Both the position numbers and the translations under genes were made by a program. The notes beneath the pieces are model-generated. The model did not search any database. It was given only the letters and a program-made list of their open reading frames with translations, and was not told the DNA's origin. Shown here in pieces: positions 18,301-29,769 of a stretch of DNA of 64,000 nucleotides. Source of the stretch: Vitrella brassicaformis CCMP3155. Taxonomy: Eukaryota; Protista; Chromerida. The stretch covers positions 1-64,000 of the forward strand of contig CDMY01000198.1 in NCBI GenBank assembly GCA_001179505.1, given 5' to 3'. Every line of letters starts with the position of its first letter. The first letter of the stretch is position 1.

Positions 18301-19854
18301 CCGTCATGCTGCAGTCGATGCAGCAGCCACAGCCACAACTGGTGAGGGATGACCCTTTTGCCGAGGCGGACGCTTTCAACCCCTCCCTGTCCAAGGGGCA
18401 CACCCCGAGATCGGGAGGGCAGATGGGGCAGTCGCCGCAGATGGGCTACCAGCAGCCAATGGGGATTGTTGATGAGAAGGCGGCGGCTCATGCGTTCAGC
18501 GATCTGACGAGCATGCTGATGGGGCAGGGGCAGGGGCAGGGCCGCCAGCAGCAGGTTGCGCCGCAGGTATCGACTCAAGAGATCTGTCATGCTCATGGTT
18601 GTACGAGTGTGGCTTCTTCCTGGTTCAGAATAAGTCGTTTGTGTCACTCCAGCAGCAGCATTTGCAGTCACAGCCAGGTGGCAGCACACCGCCTCAAATG
18701 CAGCCCTTCCCCCCACTGCCACCACACCAGGTGACAAAGATGAAAGGACAACAAAAAAACAAACGTCACTCCTTCTCTGTCTTTTATCAGGGGGGCGGTG
18801 GTGGTATGGCACACCAGCACCATGAGCAGAAGCAGCAGATGCAGCCACAACAGATACCATTCGGATTTCCCCAACAACACGCGCACCAGCAACAGCAACA
18901 GGCCCCTCCCATGCAGCAGAGCGGCCTGTACCAGACGGTGCCGACGGCCGCCGCCCACCTGCAGTTGCCGCAGCAGCAGATGGCCACCACCAGTCTCAGC
19001 AGCAGTCTCAGCAGCAGCCTCAGTACCCCTATGTTCGGCCAAAAGGGGACTGGCCACACGCACGCAGCTGACCCCCAGGGCATGCAGGAAGCCCTCGCAC
19101 ACCATACACAGGTGGGTCAGACCACACACCAGACCAGGTGACAGAGAAAACATTGTGCGCCACTCCTCTCTCTCCCTGTCTGTGTGTGGTGCAGGCATCA
19201 GCGGATCGTTCAGCGGCATTTTTGACCGCTCAGCTGGCGTCGCTGCGGCTGCCTACCCGAGAAGAGGCCGATCAGGCCTTTCAGAACCTCCTGTCTGGAG
19301 GAGGAGGCGCGGACAACAAGCCTCCTCCTCCCGCCATGCCGACCGCCCAGCCATTTGCACCCGCGGTGCGCGCCAATCAACGCACCGCCCCCAACCAACG
19401 GGCACACACACCATGGGCTCCCTCCTCCGTGTCCCGTGTGTGTATGTGTGTGTGTGTGCAGGGTTCTCAGGTGATGGCTAAGGCGGCTGGCGTGGGTGCG
19501 GTGATGTCTCATCAGGACAGTCTCTCGCCCGGCGTGGCCATGAGCCGCCAGACGGGGCTGGGGCCATACGGCCAGCAGCAGGTGGTCCACCACCCTCAGC
19601 AGCAGCAGCAGCAGCAGCAGCAGCCTGGGGCTATGCACGGGTTCGGACAGCAGCCGCAGCCGCAGCAGCCGCAGCAGGGGTGAGAAGGACAGCCTGACGA
19701 GTTCGCGTGTGCATTGATGTGTTGCGCTGTTTGTGTGCACTGCAGTGGGTTTGCGCAAGGGTTTTCTCAGCAGCCGGCAGCAGGACAGCAGCAAGCAGCA
19801 CAGCAGCAGCAGCAGCACCATACACAAGGAGGCCACGGTCATGGCCTTCTGTGA
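15371..19854 (+). CDS. Large Gln/Pro-rich intrinsically disordered protein, multi-exon
   Basis: Consecutive long + strand ORFs (658, 495, 180 and 181 aa) joined by GT-AG introns; CAG-encoded polyQ runs; stop after GGHGHGLL at 19852-19854. Confidence 0.7.
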
Positions 19855-20460
19855 GTGAGTCCGCTTCCGTCGTTTCTCTCTCTCTTTCTTCCGCCTTTTG
19901 GCGACCTTGTGCGTGCGAGTGGCGTGAAGTGGTGTGGGCGAACACAGCTGAGATGAAGGGCACGGGTGTGTGTGAGGGAGGGATGGCTCAACTTCTTGAG
20001 TGGCTGGCTGCCGATGGCCATTCGTTCCTTCTCTTACTTTGTATGGGTGATGGGACACACACACAGAGAGAGAGAGGCCAATTCGTTTGCTTTCGCGCAC
20101 TATACTCCATCCACCACACACATGCTCACACACCTGACCTGCACACCCACACTCTTACGTAAATTAGTCAGCAGTCTGTCTGTTTTCCCGCGCACCCGTC
20201 TGTTTTTCGCTACCCTTGCTACACCACACATCCACACCCACACGCATACCCTGGCTGGCTGGCTGGCTGGCTGACTGACACGATGCACGCACACACGCGA
20301 GAAGGGGTGCGCCTTTCCTTCCAGGCCTGTCTGTTTGCTGTGCGTTTCTTTTTCGTGTTGCTGCGTATTGCTTGCGACCGATGGGTGGGATGGATTGACA
20401 CGTCAGGCACGTCAGGCACGTCAGACACGTCAGACACACTGTCACTCACGTCAATCAAGG

Positions 20461-22333
20461 CTACACGACTATGCCGGTCATCGGCTTGAGGAAGTGGGAG
20501 GGGTGGTGCTCGTCGCCCAGCTCTATGCGCAGCAGAGGGGGCAACCTGACACACACACACACACACACAGGGACACACACCCCGACACACAGTGCGCAGG
20601 CTGGCACATGAGTGAGCCAGCCGTCTTGACGCACCTGTTGTCGAGTGGTCTGGGTGGCAAGTGGTAGTCCTCCCCCATTACAAGGTGCCACAAGAACTCA
20701 AACACAAAACAATGAGACGACCTGACCACCCCCCGCCATCCCGCCATCACACACCCCACACACACAAGAACAGACACAGTGAACAAATCATCTCATCTAG
20801 ACAGCCAGCCCCCCACAGCCCACCCCACCTGTCCGGCAGTCCTTTCTCGACGCATGTGTCTCGTATGGACCCGTCCACCATGGTGGCCATGTGCCGATAG
20901 AAGGAGGGGGGCCGCTGCGTCAGCCGCTCCCTCGACACCACAAACTGCGCGCAGCAGTAGGTGCTCAGGATCTTATCCTTATCCGGCGGCTTGTCGAACA
21001 AGACCCTGCTCAGAACGAACATAACATGCCCACCATCACCATTGAATGCAGTCAGGTCAGCGTGTCCCAACCAGTGCTTGCCTACTCAAAGGTGGACTCC
21101 ATGCAGGGCGTGACCGTCTCAAGGTGCCTGACACAACACACACAACACATCCAATCCACCTCCGGGCACCTCCCCACACACATCCACTCGTTCGCACCTG
21201 TGTGTGTTGAGGTGAAAGAACGGCACCTCCCAGGTCCCCTGCTGCATGGCCGCCAGCACACTCGCCAGCAGCGCAACCCTCAAATGATTCGGCGCGTCGC
21301 CCTGCAGCATGACCAAGTAGTCACTCAACGGAAACATCCCGCCCCCGTCCCTCTCCCCCTCCCCCCCTCCCAGCACACTATTGATGTGCGTCAGGTAGGC
21401 CGTGCACTCGTCGCCCCGCACAGTGCCGTCCGAGAGGGGGATGACTGTGAGCGATGCCACGTGCTGGCGGAGGTCTGAGAGGAGGGTGGTGTTGAGGCCG
21501 TAGGTGGCGAGGTTGGCCGGGGGTGGCTCGGTGGGAGAGATTGGTATGGGGGCGGAGGACGGCCTCCTGCATCACACAGCACAGCACAGCACAGCCATCC
21601 ATGGGAGGGAGAGCTGTGGGCAAGGTCTCTCTCTCTCTCTCTGCTGCATGTGTGGTTTGGTTTTTAGCCACCCTTCTGGTGCGCCGTGGTCGGTGCTGGT
21701 GCTGCACTTGGCGTACAGGTAGATGTGGCTCTCCACCGGCCACCTCGTGAAGTCCATCGCATGACTCGCCAGCCACTCCAGCCCCTCCATGCAATGGCAC
21801 ACCACCACAGACACCGAAGCCGACCTCTGCCCTTTGCTCCTTCTCTCGTCAATCAGCCTCTCCACCCTCTCCACAGCCTCTCTCAGCGGCCACACGCGCA
21901 CCAGCACATCCTGGTGCTCCACAGACACCTCCCTCTCCCTCAGCAGCCGCAAGCCCTCCGCATACACACCGGCAACAACGTCCAGCGGCTCGGTCAGCAG
22001 CAGCGCCTCGGCAGCCAGCAGGTGCGCAAACACTATCAGCCCGGGACACTCGGCCACGAACTGAGAGCGGAAGTCTGGCGGGATGCGCAGGAGAAAGAAG
22101 GCCCCGCGGATGGGCGGCGGGCTGGTCTGTGTGGTGGCATGTGTGCCATGTGTATGTGTGGCGTAGAAGGCTTTGATCTTGGCTTGGAAGGCCGCCGCGT
22201 TGAGGCGGAACTCGTAGCACTGCTCGTCCACACACCAGGCCAGACTGTACTCGGAGAAGCACTGATGCGCACCGATCGGCCAGGCGTGGATGAGCCACAG
22301 ACAGACGAGAGATAACCAGATCCACTGCTCCAT
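20461..22333 (-). CDS. Secreted DUF3431-family protein
   Basis: Hydrophobic N-terminus MEQWIWLSLVCLWLIHA. Motifs VVVCHCMEGLEWL, GDECTAYLTHI, YCCAQFVVSRERLTQRPPSFY and FEFLWHLVMG match the DUF3431 pattern as recalled. Confidence 0.7.
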
Positions 22334-22580
22334 TCGCCAGATCTCTCCCAGCCGGCCAGAAAACCCGGCCACACCTGCGAGCTCAGAATGATTTGAAGGG
22401 TGCGAACTGTAGAGGTTGCCGTCAGCAGACTGTTCCCTTTTATCTCGACAGAATAATCGCACCACTGTGAGAGACTCCGTCCTTCTCGAGGCGCGTCAGT
22501 CCAGCGAGTAGCATCGCACATCGGCCTAGCATCGGCCAAGGCGCAGGCGGCGGTCCATCTGTCTGTGTGTGCGCGTGAGT

Positions 22581-24672
22581 ATGTCGGTCTCGCCGTCGGC
22601 TCGGCTCAATCGTCTCCTCGACGGCGACGATGGGGCGGAAGACACTGAGATGACTGAAGGTACGACGTCGGTAGTCGCTAGGACTCACGTGTGTTGGCTG
22701 GTGCATCTCTCGGTGCTGTGGTGTGGTGTGCCGACTGTCAGGTGAGAATGAGGCGCTGGAGAAGCAGGAGGAGGAGGCAGAGAGCCACCCGGTGAAGTAC
22801 GAGAACTTCGACGACCGCACGCTCGCCGTCCTCAACTCACTCAACAGAGAAAACATATTCAAAGGCACGGCAGGAGGCACACGAACCACACGAACCACAC
22901 GAACCACACGACACACAGACACCCACACATCGTGTCTGTCTTTCCTTCCTCCCTCTCAGTGCTGGATGGCGTGGTGGGGGGCGAGCAGGGCAAGGCGGTC
23001 CTCGCACAGACCCTCAAAGACGTGGCGGGAGACCTGCTGCAGCAATACGAACGGGTCAGTCCAGTCAGCACCTCACCTGAGCTCATCTGACCTGAGCCAA
23101 TCCCACCTGAGGATGACGATACAATATATCTCTTGATTGATCTATAACCAGGCATCGGCCGAGCAGTACAACACGCTGGAGACCGGCGGGACTGGCGGCG
23201 CCTCGGCGTCTGCGTCTGCCATGGTCAACAGGCAGCCGTCGTCGTCGGACAAAATGGACGTGTCGGTGGAGCCCTCAGAGAGCGGCGATAAGGACGGCGG
23301 CCGACACGAGGAGGCGGACGAAGAAGTCGATGGGCTCGAGGGAGAAAGTCAGTCAGCGAGATAGATTACCCATAGTGTCTGTGTGTGTGGTGGGTGGACG
23401 GAAGTGTGTGTGTGTGTGTGTGCAGCTGAGTTGGAGCAGAAGTTCCGCAAGGATCCCAACATCTTCATGAGGAAGGCGAGATACGTGCCGCTCAGACTCA
23501 CATACGACGGTATGTGCGGTGTGCAGCGGACGGACGGACACCATGCCGTCCGCAAACACACAGCTGCTCTGGGGCCATGTGTATCATCACGGGTGTGTAT
23601 CATCGCGCGCGCGTGTGTGTGTGTGTGTGCAGAGCGTAGTCTGTTGCGTCTGTTGGAGAGTGCCTTAGAGGTGTCCGAGTACACTGACAAAGTCGACGTC
23701 TTCACCGGCGGCAACAAAGCCAGACTGTACCCCAACACACACACACACACCACCACCACCATGGCCTCACTCGTTGATGGCTTCATGTGTGCGTGTTGTG
23801 TCTGTCATGTGCAGCATGGCGGTCCAGATCCGTCAGATCTGCTCCATCCTGTGTGGGCTGGTGGTGGCGCACAACTACGAGATCGGCCAGGCGCTCATCA
23901 AAGACAGAGAATTCGCCGACAACGCCGTAAGAACGAACAACAAGACGAAATGCCACAGCCACCGGCCACCGACAGACTGTGTGTATGTGTGTGTGTGTGT
24001 GTGTGATGGATCCCTTCCCTTCAACATCAGGATTTTTTCAAGATAGTGTTTGAGATCGGCCGGCGTTACAAGATCCTCAATCCAGAGAGGATGCGCGGAT
24101 CCTACGGCAAGCTGCTCTTCCTACTACAGGACAGGTGGGTGCCGACGCCAAACAGCCAAAACAACCAGCCGCTGGATGTTCCCACGTCTGTGTGTGTGGT
24201 GTGTGGTGTCTGGTGTCTGCAGTGTGAAGCCTGACGTGCGCGAGCTGCTGGGGTTTTCGCCGGTGGCTGACGAGGTGGTCACCGTCTACAAGGTGGGTGT
24301 GTGTGGTGTGGTGGGTATGGTCACCTCACACGGACATGCACGGATGGATGGATGTGCAGGTGTTGGAGCACAAGAAGAATGGCCTGGCGCTGCTCAAGGA
24401 CCCGCTGCTGTGCAAGGCTACCATGGGTGGGTCTGCCTGCAGTGGATGGAGTGGCCACACAAGGACGGCAGCCAGCCAGCCAGCCAGCCAAGACGTGCCG
24501 GCGAAAGGATATGATCCCATGTGTCCCTTTCTCTCCTCTCTGTTGCCTTGATTCAGAGATCCTGCCCGAGGGCAAGTCACGCGCACAGATCCAGAGGGAG
24601 ATAAGAACCAAAGAGGTGCGTGCGCAGGAAGACAGACAGCCGCCATGACATGACCACGTCCAATGACGAAAT

Positions 24673-24704
<32 letters not shown>

Positions 24705-26262
24705 CTCTGTGTCCAGGACGCCCAGAAGGCGCTGATCCGCAAGTACGCCTCGCGCAACGTCACGAGACAGGCCCAGAGGGGCGGCAGGTTCTTCACTCTC
24801 AGCCTAGGTACACAAACCGACCACCGGCACACGGCGCACACACAAACCACTGGCGCATCCGTGTGTGTGTGTGTATGTGTGTGTGTAGGGTTATTTGAAG
24901 TGACCAAGGGGACGCACCCGGGCGGTTCTGACACGGACAGCGACGATGAGGACAAAGACAGAAATGCACCGCTCCTGCCTGATGACATCGAACAGGTGCG
25001 CTGCGCATCGGCAGCCATCCATCCATCCATCTGTGTGTGTGTGGTATATGTGTGTGTGTGTAGTGCATCTACTCGTTGGGCGACCACAACAGCCACCTGC
25101 GGTTCAACCGCTACCCCTGCGACAAGATGATCAAATACCTCAAGGACCACTTCAGCCCTGACGAATATGTCAGACACACACACAGACAGACAGACAGGAA
25201 CTCGCCCACCTTATCCACCGGTCGATGGACCATGCATGTGTGTGTGCGTGTGTGTGTGTGTGTAGGAGGATCACTATTCCCTGGCCATCTCAGCCGGCCG
25301 TGGCGGCGCGCGCCTCTCCCACTCGCACAAGCGGCAGTACACCTACGTCCTGCAGTCGCTCGAGCTGTGGAGAGACGTCCTGCACTTCGTAATTAATAAC
25401 CAGCCACCCCTCAGACACACACACCACGGCCCCTGGGCATCATCCATCCATCAATTCAGCCCCTCCCTGTGTGTGCGTGAGTGTGTGTGCAGCTGTTTGA
25501 GTTGTGGCATCGCACCGAGAAGGATTTGCTGAACCCCAATAACCCCTACAGGCTGCGCGACACCGGCCAGGGGCTCAACAGAGTCCAGAGCGCACCGAAC
25601 GTGTCAGACGCCGTTCACAGGATCATCAAGTATGTAGGCCAAGCAGCTGTCAGCTGCCCTTGGCTGCCTGCGTACGCTCTGTGTGTGTTTGTGTGTGTGT
25701 GTGTGCAGTCGTGTGCAGAATCGTGTTGGCGGTTGGGTGGGGTCGTCAGTGGTGCACCTGGGCGACCACAACGTTCCCAACGCCCTCGTGTTTATCGACA
25801 AGTACATCCAGGTGCGTCCCTCAGTATAAGCGACCACACACACACACACACACAGCAAACACGCGTGTGTCTGTGCTGTGTGGTGTGTATCGTGTCAGGT
25901 GCCGCGCATCCTGAGCCCGGTGGTGCTGTGCCTCGACAAAATCGACGAAGTCTACACGCAGCAAGACGGTAGGTACGGTACCCACATCAAGTCAAGGGCA
26001 GCACACACGCGCCAGCCATCACGCCACCGTTGATGCGGTGTGGTGTGTGTGTGTCTCGGATGAGTGCAGGTCTGAAGAGCTACATCGACTCGACCTTCGG
26101 CGGCCCCACCAAGCTCAAGAAGCTCATCCTCTGCGACTTCTTCAGACACGCATTCGACGGCAGCGGAGCCGACAACTTCTTCGACGCAGGTCGGTCAGGC
26201 GCCCTCTCCCCCTTACTCGTTGTCCCCTGTCCCTCATCAAGGCGCATGTGTGGCTGGGCGTG

Positions 26263-26295
<33 letters not shown>

Positions 26296-26417
26296 CAGGT
26301 TCGTGCATCGACGGACGGCTGACGTCGGCATGGAACTGGTGTTCGAAGGTCGAGAAGAAGTCCTACTTCCCCGTGTTCCTGCTCACGGGCTTCACGGGAT
26401 TCGACGGACGATTCTGA
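22581..26417 (+). CDS. UPF0652/DUF2009 family protein, multi-exon
   Basis: [140 protein letters not shown]. Confidence 0.9.
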
Positions 26418-26451
26418 AGCCACACACTTATCGGTGTGTGTGGGGGGCGGG

Positions 26452-26751
26452 NNNNNNNNNNNNNNNNNNNNNNNNNNNNNNNNNNNNNNNNNNNNNNNNN
26501 NNNNNNNNNNNNNNNNNNNNNNNNNNNNNNNNNNNNNNNNNNNNNNNNNNNNNNNNNNNNNNNNNNNNNNNNNNNNNNNNNNNNNNNNNNNNNNNNNNNN
26601 NNNNNNNNNNNNNNNNNNNNNNNNNNNNNNNNNNNNNNNNNNNNNNNNNNNNNNNNNNNNNNNNNNNNNNNNNNNNNNNNNNNNNNNNNNNNNNNNNNNN
26701 NNNNNNNNNNNNNNNNNNNNNNNNNNNNNNNNNNNNNNNNNNNNNNNNNNN
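26452..26751. other. Assembly gap (300 N)
   Basis: Run of N. Confidence 1.
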
Positions 26752-27070
26752 TGCGTGTGTGCGTTGCGATGCAGCGGGCGGGCGCATCCGTTAATTACTT
26801 ACAGGGTGACACACATGTGGTAGCGGGGCCGGCTCTCTCTCTCTGTCTTTCTGGTGGGTGGTGGGTGAGGTGGACTGGTGTAGCGTGTGCAGGGAGGATG
26901 TGTGTAAGGGTGCATGTGGAATACTCTCTCACTCACTGGATGTCGGTACTGTACGTTGGTGTGATTTTCATGAATTACTCGCTCCGTCCCTTACCGTCCA
27001 GAGTCCACACACGCTGGGCCCTCCACACATGCAACGGGTTCACGACACGAACAGCCCACAAAGAGAAGCC

Positions 27071-28846
27071 TCACAAGGTTGCTGGGAGGAGCCGCTGCTC
27101 AGCCTGTGTATGCAAACGACAGCACACAGGCATACACACACACACACGTGCGCCTCTCTATGTATCCTCTTACCAGTCTGAAGTATCGCATGGCGTTGAG
27201 GGTCTGCCGATTGGCGTCACCCACAGCCTCACTGAAGCCGTCCACAGCCTGATACCAACACACACACACACACACAGAGAGACACACACATGGACACCCA
27301 TGGCCGGGTATCAGGCCTGCCCCCACTTGGACATCACACCCTGTTGAGCTGTTCTCTTGCGGCCTTGTAGTCGCCGGCGTGCAGGAAGAGCAGCCCCAGG
27401 GTGCATCTTGCCTCGGCGGTGGGCGCGGTCATGTCGCCGAATCGCTTGCCGCGGTGCTCGCTGATGTGCCGCAAGATCTCGGCCGCCTCCTCCATCTCAA
27501 CCTCACTCACCAGAGCGTCGCTCTCTGCACACAACAAACACACACTCCGGCTGTGGGCTGGGCTCCTTCCCTGTCTGTCTGTCTCTATGTCTGTGTTGCC
27601 GACTTACCGGGTCTCTCCGCGCCCCTCTCCCCTCTGTCTTCTTCGCCCTTTCCCCTCAGCATTATCTTCTCGACGTCGTCGCCCGTCTCCCTCTCCAGCT
27701 CCTCGACTATGTCCCTCTCTACCGCAGCTGCAGCACCCTGGGTGTGGTCCTCCTGGGTGGGCGAGGGGGCGGGGGCAGGGAGTGCCTTGTTCAGCCACTT
27801 GTTGTAGATCTGCAGCACCTTGTTGTATAAGGCGTGTGCACGGTCCAGCTGAAAGAGAGACAGAGATGAGGCAGGGAGGGGGGGATACAGGAGGGGTGCG
27901 TGTTGGTGCCTCTCCCCACTTGTTGGTGTGACTGGAAGACCCGCGCCATGTGGAAGTAGGATGGCGCAGTGCGGACGGACTGCGGCCCGAACTCACAAGC
28001 GGAGTAGTAGATATCGCTCGCGAACGCCTCCAGGGACTCGTTGTACCGCTGCTGAGCTGCATACAGCCGCCCGAAGTTCCGCTGCAGATTGCTCATCAGA
28101 GCAGGCCCCGCCTCTGGGTGCTTGACCAGGCTCCAGTTGGCGAGAGAGAGGAACTCTTCGGCAACCTTCAACCGACGCAGACCTGCCCACCAACACACAG
28201 ACACACACACACACATCCGTGCAGACGCATTGTGCCTTCCTTGATTCTTATCACCAAGATTGGCTTCGGCGAGGAGGAGGTACGAAGGCACCAGTTCCAG
28301 GGCCTCGCTGCCGTAGGTCGCGATGGCCAGCTTGAGGGAGTGGAGGGCCCCCGGCACGGCGAGCTGATAGTTGCCCTGCACCAGGAACTTCTGCGCCGTC
28401 TCCGTGCACAAGTCCAAGACCTCTTTCTGAACACACACACGAAGCACGACACATGACAACACAGGATGCGAACGAACTTGATGGCTTCGTTCTTCGTTCT
28501 CACTCTGATTGCTCTGAGTTCCTTCTCCCTCTTTTGTCTTTCCTCCTCCGAGCCAATCATCTTGGGTTTGCTCCGCAGCAAAGTCAGGTCCTGACCGATG
28601 AGGTGCAAGATGCCCCGCCAATCCTGCTCGAAATGCTCCGGAGTGCTGCACACATAGCAACAAGGGGGCACAATGGCGTCCATCAAGGCCTTCCCGGTGT
28701 CCCACTGTCCCGGTGCGTGTGTGTTACCAGTAGTAGGTTGGCACATCCTTGCACTGGAGCGATGCGGGTCTGCCGCAGAGTTCGCATTCCAAGCGGATGG
28801 TCTCGCCCTTTGGACGGGCCAGCAGGTTCACCGGAATGGCTGACAT
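27071..28846 (-). CDS. ZMYND12: ZMYND12 / inner-arm dynein d p38-like subunit (degenerate MYND plus TPR)
   Basis: MSAIPVNLLARPKG..CELCGRPASLQC..YYC..H..DW, GSEEER, AVPGALHSLK, ELVPSYLLLAEANLG, RNFGRLY, DIYYSACEFGP..T..YFHMA closely follow the ZMYND12 pattern. Last exon approximate. Confidence 0.9.
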
Positions 28847-29695
28847 TTCCCCGTCTTCGGCGGAACGGCCCCCCGCGCCCCCAGCTCTACGATCGAACTC
28901 ATTGCAATCATGACCTGAACTCCTGCGGTTTGATTGAATACGCAGGGTGACTCGGTAGGTGAGTAGACGGCAAATTCGATGGGGGGCCTTCTACATGTGG
29001 TGAGATTCATTCCACGTAAAAATCTGGATAGGGACAATTTGCCAAGAAGGCTTCGCGTGTTTCAAGAAGGAGACACCCTTCTGCCTTCCAGCCGCACACA
29101 GCCAGCATGGCATGAGGACGAAGAAGAGCAAGCCATTGCACGAAACAGAGACACCGAGCTCAATGGATGAGTGTCAGCACACACCTCTTTCTCCCTGCAG
29201 CCAACAAACGAGAAACGCACGCACGCAGCGCATGGCGTGGTGTTGGGGCGATGGACGGGGCTGGGGTGTTCTCATCGGATGAGTGAGCGTGCCCTTTGTG
29301 CATAGGCATATGTGGATAGATTCATGGAGGCGATTTGGACAAGCGAGTGCATGGATGCCATCTGTCAATTATCTCTCCTCGGATGCAAAAAAAAAACGCA
29401 CGCAGCGCATTCATCATCATTCTTCGCAGCGCTCGTGTGATGCCCACTTTGGCCGAAAGCCTTCGTGTTTTCTCACATCGGCTTGGTTCCCTTCTTGTCC
29501 AGGGTCGACCACCCCGGGTCGATACAATGGTGACACACAGGGATCCTACACCTGAACGAACAAATCGAATGAACCTGAACAAACAAATCGAATGCACGAC
29601 AGTCTGCGCATCTTCTTGTCAACGGGCCATTACCAGATGAACGCCGAGATGGATGTTGGGTGCTGCACATGAGTTTGGGTTGGAACGCTTCAGAC

Positions 29696-29722
29696 AAATA
29701 TAAAATGTAGACAGCGATAGTT
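29696..29722 (+). promoter_or_regulatory. Conserved TATAAAA-containing motif, copy 1 (others at about 34767-34800 and 37035-37068)
   Basis: aatataaaatgtagaca(a/g)cgat occurs three times; the latter two copies also share cacgtccgtc. Confidence 0.5.
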
Positions 29723-29769
29723 CATCGCCACCTCTGTCTGCGTCGAGGCGGCTGCGCTATGTTGTTTGG

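Noticed and set aside
15250-20274. Many long antisense or alternate-frame ORFs (Leu/Ala/Cys-rich)
   Set aside because: Shadows of CAG/polyQ coding and (GT)n introns; no independent coding signal.
20395-20440. 9-bp tandem (CACGTCAGR)n, and similar units at 22880-22915, 29551-29596 and 58359-58414, as CRISPR-like arrays
   Set aside because: Contiguous minisatellites without spacers, in a eukaryotic context with no cas genes.
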